Shown piece by piece: positions 27,060 to 36,495 of a stretch of 45,476 nucleotides of DNA. How positions within the stretch are numbered: position 1 is the first letter of the stretch; each line of letters opens with the position of its first letter. The stretch lies in the sequence record PQ429079.1. One strand, given 5' to 3'. Position numbers and translations under genes: made by a program. Origin of the DNA: Escherichia phage vB_VIPECOTPH05A. Under the pieces are notes generated by a model, which was not told the origin of the DNA, did no database searches, and saw nothing but the letters and a program-made list of their open reading frames with translations.

Positions 27060-27586
27060 GTGATTAACAGGCCGCGTAATAAAGGTATCTCTTTAGGTGT
27101 CATGAGTATACCAGTGCTTCGTTGGTTAAGCATAGGTGTCCCTAAATTAGCGGAGAATCGCCCCTTGTCCTGAGCTATGGTCTGCGCCTCGTATGCCACA
27201 GGGCCGTCTGCCGGGTAAGACAGGTCGGTGCTGACATAACGGCGAAATATGAACTTCGGCAACTCAGTACTATCCATCGGAATATTATCCAGTTCATCGT
27301 CCAGTAAATTTCCGACGTCAGGAAGTGTAAACGTCGTCGTCTGGTCCATGTCGTTATTGTTAGCGGCTCCCGACGCTTCCATCGGTGTTGGCTCGAACGT
27401 GATTGTTTCGCCTGTCTCCAGTGTTGCCGTAAGTTCCTGTAGCCCTCGAACAAGATAGTACGTCTTCGACAGCAACGGGTGGCTGATTTGCAACGTGATG
27501 TAGTCCATCTCGCCGTCGGGATTCGAGGCCAGCTTACGGCGATAGGCGGCTTCTACTGATTCCTGGCTCATTGCATCGGGTCCCAA
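27056..27586 (-). CDS. minor tail protein (lambda L-like position)
   Basis: 176-aa ORF between M-like and K-like genes. Confidence 0.45.
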   Translation of the reverse strand: MGPDAMSQESVEAAYRRKLASNPDGEMDYITLQISHPLLSKTYYLVRGLQELTATLETGETITFEPTPMEASGAANNNDMDQTTTFTLPDVGNLLDDELDNIPMDSTELPKFIFRRYVSTDLSYPADGPVAYEAQTIAQDKGRFSANLGTPMLNQRSTGILMTPKEIPLLRGLLIT

Positions 27587-28068
27587 ATTCGTGGAAACGT
27601 TGATTGCGCGGTTCCGTAGGCTTTAAGGAAGCAATTAAGCCCGTCGCCATAACAACCATACAAATCCGGCAGATTGCTAACAAGGCACTGGTTATATTCA
27701 TCCTGGAACGGCGATTTCTCGGCGGTTGCCGTGAAGGTAATCGTCCAGTTAATGCCGTCTTCGGTGGACTCCGCGATGGTGGATGTAATTGTTACCTGGT
27801 AATCCTCAATGCCCATGCCGAAGTCGTGCGCCATCCAGAAACTTGAAGCACCACCATCGACTTTCTCAATGAACGACAGAAACGCCTGTCGCCCTAGTGC
27901 TGAGGTAATCAGGGTTACGCTTATCGGGAACACGTCGTAATACGTGTCACGGCCCTGACGCACCCCGCCACCGGCTAAATCTACACTCCAGACGTTGTTA
28001 CGTCTGGTCATTGAGTAGCCTTTTGATACCACCGGCTTAAGGCTACGTGGAAAGTATAAGTCGCTCAT
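27568..28068 (-). CDS. minor tail protein (lambda M-like)
   Basis: FLSFIEKVDGGASSFWM resembles lambda gpM ESFLEEHGGWKSFLW; follows tape measure. Confidence 0.5.
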   Translation of the reverse strand: MSDLYFPRSLKPVVSKGYSMTRRNNVWSVDLAGGGVRQGRDTYYDVFPISVTLITSALGRQAFLSFIEKVDGGASSFWMAHDFGMGIEDYQVTITSTIAESTEDGINWTITFTATAEKSPFQDEYNQCLVSNLPDLYGCYGDGLNCFLKAYGTAQSTFPRIWDPMQ

Positions 28069-30395
28069 TATTTAAACCCCGGCGCATTTCTTGTGGCCTT
28101 GCGGGCCTTGCTAATCTTACTGTTGCTGTTCTGCAAAGAGGCAGCCACCTGCTCTTCTATGATGATGCGCAAACGGCCTTCGTCATCCTGCTCGGTAGAT
28201 ACGTTGCCAATCTGACTCGATGTGTTATTTACAATGGTAACATTAGATGGGCCAGAAGAAGACCCATTTTGCCCCATAATTTCTTTCATCTGCTGCGCAG
28301 TTCGTACGCGCGATGCACCAGCAGGCATGATAACTTCTGGTTTACCGCGTTCGGCGATGGTGGAAGCCTGCCCCGCAGATAACTGACCGCCCTGTTCACG
28401 TGCGGACCTGATAGCGGAAACCTGCGCCATACCTGCCCCAACGGCAGCGGCAGCGGCTACAGGGGCCAGGAACGGGCCAACTACAGGGATAGCCGCCGTG
28501 GACTTGTATGCCTCAATAGCTGCGGTGTACGTGGCTATAGTGGCCTGTACGATAGCGAATGCCTTATACGCGCCAGAAGCCTCACCCAACGCAGACCCGA
28601 TGTTTGAGGCCATGTTGCCAAAGGCCGTTGCCGTTGCGTCGGCGCGCTTCGTAGCATACTGCTCATTGATAGCGTTAAGCGCCGCCTGATACTGTTCCTC
28701 GTTAATAAGCCCCTGTTCACGGTATTTATCTGCGACCGCCAGTTTCTGCTGTTCCTGGATGTCGAGAAGCTCAAGCTCAGCGGCGTTCTGGCCCATAATC
28801 TGAGCCATGAAGTCGTCGCCTTTCTGCTGCTTTTCCTGCTGCTCTTTTCTTTTCTTATCCAGTTCTTCCTGTCTGGCCTGCTCGGCTGTGAGCATAATTT
28901 GAGTTTTGGCGTTTTCATACTGCTGCTGGCTTATCGTTCCGGCGCGGTTGAACTCCTCCAGTTTCGCCAGTTTCTGTTCTTCTGCCGCCGTGATACGAGA
29001 AATTTCGTCTCCAGTAGTGCGGTCGACAGTAGCCAGGAAATCTTCGGCGGCTTTCTTCTGACGTTGCGCCGCCGTTTCTTCACGTTTGGCCTGCGCCGCC
29101 AGACGTTTCTCGTTCGATTTAGCCTCGCGGTCTGCCTTCGCTTTTTCGGTAGCGTCGATGCGGGCGATGTCTTGCTGCGCTTCCGCGTCACGGGCAGCGT
29201 TATACGCGGCTATCTGTTCTTTGGTGACAGCTTCACGTTTAGCGAACGCCTGCTTATCCAGTTCAGCTTGTGCCCGGATGCGCTCACGGTCGCTTAAGAT
29301 GGCAATTTGCTGATTCTTGACGATAGCTTCGTTCTGCTCCTGGAACCTCTGTGTGGTTGAGTTAACGTTACGTCCAAGATTCTTTTGGGCCTCTGCCGCC
29401 GCGTTTGCTGACTTCTCTGCGTTCTCCAGTGCCGTGGCGTTCTTATTGGCATTGTCAGTCAGGCGGATAAGTTCCGGGTTCAACTGTTTTGTGTTACCGA
29501 GCCAGTCGGTAAACACATCGGCGATACGACGGGCATTCTCGGCGGTTGGTTCTTTGTTAAACGCACTCTGCGCCGCTATCATCTCCAGCGCCTGGTCACG
29601 GTTAACTCCGAACTTACTGCTAAGCTCCGCGATATTCTGCGCCAGCATGTTGACGCCCACGATGTTACCTTCGTAAGTGCCGCCGAGTTTTTCTAACGTG
29701 TCGCCTACATCCGCACCCTTAGATACCAGTGCATCGTACTGACTAATAGCCGATGTCGTGGAGGCTTTCCACGTTTCCCACGATTCGGCATCTTCACGAA
29801 CAGCTTTAGCGGTTTGCTGTGCGATAAGGTCCGCGTTAGCCTTAGCCAGAGCAAGCTGAGTCTCCGCCGCCTCCCTACTGATTTGGGTAAGCTGGATAAG
29901 GCCGTCTGTCAGTTCGAGGGAGCCAGATGCCGTTTGCTGGAAAGTATCTTTTAACTGTTTCTGTGCGGCTTCGAGGTCTTTTGAACTGCCTTCTGCTTCG
30001 GTTAGCGATTTGTACAGTACCCCGCCAACAGCCGACGCTAGCGCGATTACCGCTCCAAGTACAGCACCCCCCGGTCCGAAGGCACCTGCAAGCTGGGAGC
30101 CTTGTTGCCCTATCGCTACGAATGCGGACGTGCCGGACTGCAACTGGACGACCATGTCCTGTACCTGGAAGCCCACCTGCCCGGCGGCGTTACGGAACTT
30201 GGCAAAACCGTCGGACGCGGCTTTAGAGGTAGCGGTGTTAACTTTATTAACATCCGGAGTTAGTTTGTTTACAGATGCGTCCGCCCGGTCTGCGGATGCC
30301 GCCATAGCGTCAAGCTGTTTGGCGGCGACGTCAGCCCCTTCAGTTTTTACTCTGGCGATTAGGGAAGCCGTATCAGCCATCTTCTCTGCCCTCAA
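28068..30395 (-). CDS. tail tape measure protein
   Basis: 775 aa, Ala/Gln/Glu-rich coiled-coil; C-terminal hydrophobic/Gly-rich region; downstream of G/GT chaperones. Confidence 0.8.
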   Translation of the reverse strand: MRAEKMADTASLIARVKTEGADVAAKQLDAMAASADRADASVNKLTPDVNKVNTATSKAASDGFAKFRNAAGQVGFQVQDMVVQLQSGTSAFVAIGQQGSQLAGAFGPGGAVLGAVIALASAVGGVLYKSLTEAEGSSKDLEAAQKQLKDTFQQTASGSLELTDGLIQLTQISREAAETQLALAKANADLIAQQTAKAVREDAESWETWKASTTSAISQYDALVSKGADVGDTLEKLGGTYEGNIVGVNMLAQNIAELSSKFGVNRDQALEMIAAQSAFNKEPTAENARRIADVFTDWLGNTKQLNPELIRLTDNANKNATALENAEKSANAAAEAQKNLGRNVNSTTQRFQEQNEAIVKNQQIAILSDRERIRAQAELDKQAFAKREAVTKEQIAAYNAARDAEAQQDIARIDATEKAKADREAKSNEKRLAAQAKREETAAQRQKKAAEDFLATVDRTTGDEISRITAAEEQKLAKLEEFNRAGTISQQQYENAKTQIMLTAEQARQEELDKKRKEQQEKQQKGDDFMAQIMGQNAAELELLDIQEQQKLAVADKYREQGLINEEQYQAALNAINEQYATKRADATATAFGNMASNIGSALGEASGAYKAFAIVQATIATYTAAIEAYKSTAAIPVVGPFLAPVAAAAAVGAGMAQVSAIRSAREQGGQLSAGQASTIAERGKPEVIMPAGASRVRTAQQMKEIMGQNGSSSGPSNVTIVNNTSSQIGNVSTEQDDEGRLRIIIEEQVAASLQNSNSKISKARKATRNAPGFK

Positions 30396-31151
30396 ATATT
30401 CCGTCTAAGCCCATGATAACCTCGGCTTCGAACAAACTTATGCCGTAACCGGCGACATCGCGAAACGCAGCCAAATCTTGCCATTTGAGCGCATCGCGCG
30501 GGATTATAACGATAGTATCATCTGTTTCGCGCTGTAGGAATTTAATGGCCCGGTATTTCTCGAACACGTCGATAAGAGAAACGGGGCATTCCGGCCCCGT
30601 CGCTTCTTTCATCTGCGGTTCTTTAATCACGCCCATTGCAATCAAAGCCGCCTGGTGTCCCGCCGCGATGTCGTCGAATTGCTTACGTTTGTGGCGGTCG
30701 ACAAAGCACCATTGCGCAAATTCATACAGCGCTTTTACTTTTCCGAGAGTTTCTCGCGGCTATCGGTGTGGTGCTTAACTACAGCCTCCGCCAACCCACT
30801 GTACTGGTCGAACAGGTTAGCCAGCGCCTCTTTACTGAACGGCTCATCGAAGGACCAACCGGTGACGATTTCCACGGCGAGCTGCTTGTTCAGGTCCATA
30901 ACCCGCCAGCCCTTCTCATCGTTATAGCGCGCCCAGTTATTCAATGCCTCACACTCTTTATCTAACGGCGCAAGTTCTTCCGTAAGGCGTCGAATTGCCG
31001 TTGTGTAGGCGCGGCCTGCTCGAACGCCCGCATCGCAATCGGGGCCAATGACCTGCAGCCATTCGCCAGAGTCTTTTCCGCTAGGCAGAAGGATTGGCAT
31101 TTTAGTACCGGCGGCGTGACGGTCGGCAAAATAGAAATCAGAAAGTTTCAT
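30373..31151 (-). CDS. tail assembly chaperone frameshift product (GT-like, via -1 frameshift near 30738)
   Basis: -1 frame is open from the G stop region through 30373; ORF-track 30373..30645 is its 3' part. Confidence 0.5.
30735..31151 (-). CDS. tail assembly chaperone (G-like)
   Basis: 138-aa ORF upstream of tape measure, ends ...SEK at slippery GAA-AAG-TAA. Confidence 0.6.
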   Translation of the reverse strand: MKLSDFYFADRHAAGTKMPILLPSGKDSGEWLQVIGPDCDAGVRAGRAYTTAIRRLTEELAPLDKECEALNNWARYNDEKGWRVMDLNKQLAVEIVTGWSFDEPFSKEALANLFDQYSGLAEAVVKHHTDSREKLSEK

Positions 31152-31258
31152 TCTTTAGTCCTTTGGTTAAGAGGTTACTGGTTATGGTTAATGCGCCAGG
31201 CGGGAACCACCCGCTTTTCGTGTGCGACACTAGGCGCAAACTTATTCTAACACACTAC

Positions 31259-31287
31259 TTGCACACCCCAATATAATAGGGTACTAT
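31259..31287 (+). promoter_or_regulatory. sigma70-like promoter (TTGCAC-N17-TACTAT) for opposite-strand island
   Basis: drives plus-strand genes from 31316 inside the minus-strand tail operon. Confidence 0.5.
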
Positions 31288-31315
31288 TCACCCGTAACTT
31301 ACTGAGGAAACAATT

Positions 31316-31642
31316 ATGCGTAAATTAGTATTAGCTCTGGGGTTTATGTCTTTTGCTACTTTTGGGACTCCGTGTGAACAGGTATTTAGCGAATCTGTTC
31401 TTATGACTTCTGGTGTGCTTGAGAAAGCCGACCCTACTATTGTAAAGGCATTTAAGGACTCTACCGTTCGCGAGTGTGAAGCCGCCGTAGAGGTTGGTAA
31501 ATCTGGTCTACCTCCGCAAGCAGTAACATACACGGTGATACGTTCGGTAGAGAAAAACGGAGACGCGTTTTACAGCCTGCTGACAGCCACCCGCCTGCAA
31601 ATGGTAATGGCTGGATGGGCGATAGGCGCGGAAAGTAAATAG
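31316..31642 (+). CDS. secreted/periplasmic small protein (signal peptide)
   Basis: N-terminus MRKLVLALGFMSFATFG is signal-peptide-like; RBS GAGGAAA. Confidence 0.55.
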   Translation: MRKLVLALGFMSFATFGTPCEQVFSESVLMTSGVLEKADPTIVKAFKDSTVRECEAAVEVGKSGLPPQAVTYTVIRSVEKNGDAFYSLLTATRLQMVMAGWAIGAESK

Positions 31643-31708
31643 TCGCCTTTATTTAAAGGAACGCACTGTGGTTAAATAGGACAAATCCTAAACGCGAGGA
31701 AGTAAAGC

Positions 31709-32839
31709 ATGGCCCAGATTAAAATAACCGACGAACAGTTACAGGAAGAATTGAACGCCGGAACAAAGATTATCGACATATCCCGTAAATACGGCATCTC
31801 AGACCGAGTTATTCGTATCCGTAAAGCGAAGCTGGCGAAGAAAGGCGTAGGTCACGGTCGTGACGTTAGCCATCTTGTCCCGGACGGCTACAAGATTAAA
31901 GGCACGTCGTCACTTGTTGACGAGTTCGGCAACACTAAACTGCAATGGGTTAAGACTGATACCGACGCCGAACGTCAGGTTGAATTGATGAAAGCCGTAA
32001 TTGAAGGCATGAAGTCAGAGATTACGCCCGTTGCGCCTGTTAAAGCTGTTCGCGCCAAACGCGACGACAAGCTACTCAATCTTTACACGGTATCTGATTT
32101 CCATCTCGGTATGCTGGCATGGGCTGATGAGAGCGGAGACGACTGGGACATGAAGATTGCAGAAGACCTGTTCTCCCGATGGTTCGACGCGGCGTTCCAG
32201 AAAGCACCGGATGCAGGAACAGGAGTTATTAACCTTCTGGGCGACCTCGCTCACTTCGATAGTCTGGATGCGGTTACACCTGCAAGTGGTCATGTTCTTG
32301 ACGCGGACACGCGCTATCAGAAACTTGTACGCTACATGATTCGTATGGTCCGCCGTGTCGTTGATATGGCTCTGGTTAAACATAAAAATGTTCGCTTGCT
32401 TATCGTGCAAGGGAATCACGACGAAAGTGGCATGATTTGGTTGGCTGAGATGTTCAGCACGCTGTACGACAATGAGCCGCGTGTGTTCGTCGATACGTCG
32501 CCGGATGTTTACAAGATGGTGCAACACGGCAAAACGACGCTGTTCTTCCATCACGGACATAAAGCACGCTTCGACGCTATCGAACCGGTTATGATTGCCA
32601 AGTTCCGCAAAGCGTTCGGCGAGAGCGTTTATAGCTACGCCCACGTAGGCCACCTGCACCACCAGAAAATTGTAGAAAGCCGTAACATGATTGTTGAGCA
32701 ACACCGCACCCTGGCGGCTAAAGACGCCTACGCCTCTCGCGGCGGATGGATGTCAGGTCGTAGTGCAAATGTAATTACTTATAGCGCCGAATATGGTGAG
32801 GTCGCACGTTTAACTATTTCACCGGAGATGCTGGGATGA
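31709..32839 (+). CDS. HTH-fused calcineurin-like metallophosphoesterase
   Basis: N-terminal HTH (IIDISRKYGISDRVIRIRKAK); phosphoesterase motifs SDFHLG, GDLAHFD, QGNHDE, HHGH, GHLHH. Confidence 0.6.
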   Translation: MAQIKITDEQLQEELNAGTKIIDISRKYGISDRVIRIRKAKLAKKGVGHGRDVSHLVPDGYKIKGTSSLVDEFGNTKLQWVKTDTDAERQVELMKAVIEGMKSEITPVAPVKAVRAKRDDKLLNLYTVSDFHLGMLAWADESGDDWDMKIAEDLFSRWFDAAFQKAPDAGTGVINLLGDLAHFDSLDAVTPASGHVLDADTRYQKLVRYMIRMVRRVVDMALVKHKNVRLLIVQGNHDESGMIWLAEMFSTLYDNEPRVFVDTSPDVYKMVQHGKTTLFFHHGHKARFDAIEPVMIAKFRKAFGESVYSYAHVGHLHHQKIVESRNMIVEQHRTLAAKDAYASRGGWMSGRSANVITYSAEYGEVARLTISPEMLG

Positions 32840-33036
32840 AAGACATGTATGAATGCACCGAGGTAAGTCCGTATGCAGAGAAAAATGGGTTCGAAGTAGG
32901 TGCGGTGTACGAAGGAGTCACCCTAGAGAATGGCGATGTAAGAATGTATTCGCCTAAATATCGCAGCTTCTTTGAAATAGGCAACATTAACGAGTCAGGC
33001 ATAGCCAGATTTAAGAGAGTTAACAGTGACAAATAA
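32836..33036 (+). CDS. hypothetical protein
   Basis: 66-aa ORF, ATGA-coupled to the phosphoesterase gene. Confidence 0.4.
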   Translation: MKDMYECTEVSPYAEKNGFEVGAVYEGVTLENGDVRMYSPKYRSFFEIGNINESGIARFKRVNSDK

Positions 33037-33256
33037 ATACAACCGCACAATGACAAACACCTACGGCAGCACTATGACTGTAGACGTTTACGATGTACTA
33101 CGCGCATTCGATATACGCGACCCGGCGTTACAGCACGCATTGAAGAAGTTATTGTGCATGGGTCTTCGCGGCCACAAAGATACCGGGACAGACTTAGCGG
33201 AAGCAATTGAAAGTCTGGAGAAGTTACGGGAGTACAGGAGTAATATTGATGAGTAA
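33026..33256 (+). CDS. hypothetical protein
   Basis: 76-aa ORF. Confidence 0.4.
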   Translation: MTNKYNRTMTNTYGSTMTVDVYDVLRAFDIRDPALQHALKKLLCMGLRGHKDTGTDLAEAIESLEKLREYRSNIDE

Positions 33257-33422
33257 GAATGTAATGAAAACAATATACATAATCCGCGTATACGACAAAG
33301 AATGGGACGAGTGGAATGATATCTATGCTGTAAGTAGCCGGGAAGATGCGTTAGATGAATATTCACGGCTTCGGGATAAAGGAGAACTCGTTAACTTCTA
33401 CCCTATGCAATTGAAGGAATAA
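33249..33422 (+). CDS. hypothetical protein (57 aa)
   Basis: ORF 33207..33422; likely ATG at 33249 with AGGAG RBS. Confidence 0.4.
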   Translation: MSKNVMKTIYIIRVYDKEWDEWNDIYAVSSREDALDEYSRLRDKGELVNFYPMQLKE

Positions 33423-33452
33423 GAAAAAGGCCCCGTTAGGGGCCTTAGTTTT
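33422..33452. terminator. bidirectional rho-independent terminator
   Basis: stem AGGCCCC/GGGGCCT flanked by A5 and T-rich runs, between island and major tail gene. Confidence 0.7.
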
Positions 33453-34617
33453 ATACGTAACTAATACGTTGAATTACGATGGACGACTGGTACTGATTGC
33501 CTGTGGACTGTCCTTCTATGCTCTGAGTGATTGACTCAGGCCCGCCAATCTCTGGCGTAACCGCCGTAAGTTCCGCACGTTTCAAACTGAAAGACATAGC
33601 CCCGTTTACCCCCGCCAGAATAGAGTTAATCTCTACCTGCTGTTCGTTGATAAACTTCTGAATCATCACCATGTCGTACAGCTTGCCGGAGATAGAGAAG
33701 GTGTTAGCCGCGCGTCCACGTTCCACGAACGCCACGCTACTGTTGCCGAGTTCGAACTGCGCGGATGCGCTGTTGTCGTTGGTGATGGTCAGAGTATCGC
33801 AACGCAACGGCGTAGAACCGTCGAACACAGACACATCTACGGATGAGAACGGCTCGTCACCAAACGTAACAGAGGAGAAGTCGGAACCAGACGGCGCCGC
33901 GGTAAGAATCTCCTGGCTGCGCCCGATGAACGGGAAGCTGCCCGTCACCATCGCGTTAACGGCCTGTTCAACAGTGAAACCAGAAACTTCCACGCCTTTG
34001 GTAAGCGTGTACGCGTCTGTCCCGCCGCACTGGCCCTTGTACCAGGTGAGAATAGAGAACGTCTTACACTGGCTGCCTGTTTCCAGTTTGTCGCCGGTCT
34101 TAGCCGCGGTAGTAGCAGTCTCGGTGATCAGAGTGTGTTGAATACCTGCACCAGTTACCACCAGTGCCTCTACCGCAGTAACAATAAACGGTTTAGCGTT
34201 ATCGCCGGTTAAGCCAGTAAACGCAATCAGGTCGCCTACTTCCACACCGTCAGTAATAAAGCTACCTTCGGCACGGGTGAACGTCTTGCCCACCGGTGCG
34301 ACGGTAATCGACAGCCCCGACAGAGAAACACCGGATTGCCACGTAGAGCCTAAAGCACCCGCCAGCCAGTCGTCCTGGCTTTTAGAGCTAAGCTCGACCG
34401 CGTATTCACCGCTAACCTGTTTGTTACCGGTTCGAATGGATGTAGTTTCACGGCTGCCGTCGAGTTCGTTGGAGGTCAGCGCATCGCGGGTTACCGCAGG
34501 AACACCGCCCGTATTGCGCAGCGGCGACCAGGCAGGGTTGGCTGGGGTTACGCCCGGGGTCACTTCCGCCACATAGAATTGCGCTGTATTCGCGCCCTTA
34601 AAAGGAGTTGTAGCCAT
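33451..34617 (-). CDS. major tail protein
   Basis: 388-aa Thr/Ser/Gly-rich protein between tail-terminator-like and chaperone genes. Confidence 0.6.
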   Translation of the reverse strand: MATTPFKGANTAQFYVAEVTPGVTPANPAWSPLRNTGGVPAVTRDALTSNELDGSRETTSIRTGNKQVSGEYAVELSSKSQDDWLAGALGSTWQSGVSLSGLSITVAPVGKTFTRAEGSFITDGVEVGDLIAFTGLTGDNAKPFIVTAVEALVVTGAGIQHTLITETATTAAKTGDKLETGSQCKTFSILTWYKGQCGGTDAYTLTKGVEVSGFTVEQAVNAMVTGSFPFIGRSQEILTAAPSGSDFSSVTFGDEPFSSVDVSVFDGSTPLRCDTLTITNDNSASAQFELGNSSVAFVERGRAANTFSISGKLYDMVMIQKFINEQQVEINSILAGVNGAMSFSLKRAELTAVTPEIGGPESITQSIEGQSTGNQYQSSIVIQRISYV

Positions 34618-34619
34618 AT

Positions 34620-35036
34620 TTACAGCCTCTTGGTGAATGCAATAAAGTTAATTGACAATGGTCGTTTGGCCCATCCGTTTTCTACAATCAGCGGCCCCAG
34701 GCTTACCGATTGAACCTCGGCGCAGATGTCGTTACGTGAAAATGACTTACCTGCTTTAAATGCCGTGTTAAGTAAGTCTGCCATTTTATTGATTGGCGCG
34801 CTACCTTTCACCGATGCGTAGTTAATGTCGACCTGATAAACACCTGAGCGTTGTTCTGTGAAGAACAAATCCGCCTGTTCTGTATCCGCAAGTAACATGT
34901 AACTTGCCAGATACGGCGTATCGGTTGACGTCGGCGCGTCGATGTTTTCAAGCGAGACCTTGATGCCGTTGGTTGTTCCGAAGGCTACCAGCGGCACATC
35001 AAATGCTTTGGTTAAGTCCTCAAAGTAGCCCATCAT
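34620..35036 (-). CDS. tail terminator / tail completion protein (putative)
   Basis: 138-aa ORF immediately upstream of major tail protein (gene order). Confidence 0.45.
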   Translation of the reverse strand: MMGYFEDLTKAFDVPLVAFGTTNGIKVSLENIDAPTSTDTPYLASYMLLADTEQADLFFTEQRSGVYQVDINYASVKGSAPINKMADLLNTAFKAGKSFSRNDICAEVQSVSLGPLIVENGWAKRPLSINFIAFTKRL

Positions 35037-35428
35037 TTCACCTTGTTGGCTTCTTCGTTAATGAGTTGCTGGAAGCGGGACACATTCACCCGGACAAATC
35101 CTTGTGGCGCTTGCTGCGACCAGCCATACTCCAGCCGTTGTGCATACGGCAGATTATTTGTCAGCGTGAACTCGTGCCAGTCTGCGGCTTTCAGTACGAA
35201 ACTTGTAGCGTTTCCGGTTGCCGTGTTTCCTGATTTATCCGTAGCATCTGTAACCCCGGAAGCAGGAGTACCGCCAGATGCCATCCAGTTCATACGAAAG
35301 CGGCCTGTATCTACCGGACTCGCCTTTATGATAGCGGAAAACAGCTTAATAGACACCTGACGCATCACCTTCTCAGGATTCTTCTTCGCCTTTTCCACGA
35401 ACTTAGAGACATCAAGCGCGAAACTCAT
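35033..35428 (-). CDS. neck protein, HK97 gp10-like
   Basis: PVDTGRFRMNW matches the HK97 gp10-family signature. Confidence 0.55.
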   Translation of the reverse strand: MSFALDVSKFVEKAKKNPEKVMRQVSIKLFSAIIKASPVDTGRFRMNWMASGGTPASGVTDATDKSGNTATGNATSFVLKAADWHEFTLTNNLPYAQRLEYGWSQQAPQGFVRVNVSRFQQLINEEANKVK

Positions 35429-35784
35429 TTTCTCACCTGAATAAAATACGCCACGACATCATCGTTAACCATCTTCTTCTCGATACCTACGACAGACCAT
35501 TGCTCGCCGCCGAATTGTACCTTGTCTTCCATCTTCGGTACGACGCTGCAATCGGCTTTAACAATCACGTCTCCCGCCTGAATCGTCGTACCGTTCACCA
35601 GTCCTGCGTTAACAGGAACCGGAACAGCTTTCAACGGCAGCACTTCATCCGCGGACCGGACATACTCCCCGAGAACTTCATCCCACACTTTCGAGCCAGC
35701 GCGAACAAGAGATACCGTGCTACCGAATTTGGTTAGCAGGCGTGTACCGACGCCTTGCATACGTTTACTGAAAGCGGTGCTCAT
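35425..35784 (-). CDS. head closure / head-tail adaptor protein (putative)
   Basis: ORF 35425..35865; likely start MSTAFSK at 35784 with AAGAGGTG RBS. Confidence 0.45.
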   Translation of the reverse strand: MSTAFSKRMQGVGTRLLTKFGSTVSLVRAGSKVWDEVLGEYVRSADEVLPLKAVPVPVNAGLVNGTTIQAGDVIVKADCSVVPKMEDKVQFGGEQWSVVGIEKKMVNDDVVAYFIQVRK

Positions 35785-35878
35785 TTTAGCACCTCTTGCA
35801 GCGTCAAAAGAACACCGTAACTGTGCAAGGCTACCGCGGTAAGAAAACCAAAAACTACACCACATGTGAACTTATTCA

Positions 35879-36493
35879 TCAGGCGGCCTCCAGTCTCGAA
35901 ATAACCAATAGCGCGGACGGCGCTGTACCCCATGCAGTTACGGTAGCGGCTTGTGGGTATACGCCGCCGAAGTTACTCCCGGCGCTATCCCGCATAATCT
36001 GAACGGCAAACGTCTGGCCTGCGGTCGGGTTAATAGCAACACGAGACTCAATAGGAATTGTAGTATCCGCGCTTACCAGTTTCGTAGCGGCTGGCGAGCC
36101 GTATTGTGCGCCATTAACCACAATACGCGATAGCAAGATAGAGGTTCCGCTAGCACCAGTGCGGCCTGCCTGTAACTTGATGCGAACGGCGTAGTTACCC
36201 GCGGTGTTGAACGTAACCGACCCCGCAGCATTAATCATTACCGGGTCAGATGCACTACCCTGAGCAGAGCCGAACGATACCTGCAACGCCGTATCTACTG
36301 CGGTAGGCGCTTGCGCTACTGTCGACGCAGCGCGGAGAACTTCAACCTCTTTAACACCCGGAGTGGCGTAAATAGGTGAGTCAGCCATCTGGGTTAATAC
36401 CCCGCGCAACTTCGCAGGCGTAATAAGTCCGGTCGTGTTGTCCGGTAGCTCGGAACCGATTAGCGTGAATATCTCTGATTTAGTCTTCGCCAT
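35879..36493 (-). CDS. hypothetical structural protein
   Basis: 204-aa Ala/Thr/Gly-rich protein in the head-neck region. Confidence 0.45.
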   Translation of the reverse strand: MAKTKSEIFTLIGSELPDNTTGLITPAKLRGVLTQMADSPIYATPGVKEVEVLRAASTVAQAPTAVDTALQVSFGSAQGSASDPVMINAAGSVTFNTAGNYAVRIKLQAGRTGASGTSILLSRIVVNGAQYGSPAATKLVSADTTIPIESRVAINPTAGQTFAVQIMRDSAGSNFGGVYPQAATVTAWGTAPSALLVISRLEAA

Positions 36494-36495
36494 TT

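Noticed and set aside
28498-29676. Several 60-130-aa ORFs on both strands within the tape measure gene
   Set aside because: They overlap the long tape measure ORF, and their repetitive Ala/Ser/Arg-rich translations are expected from the biased composition of the coiled-coil gene.
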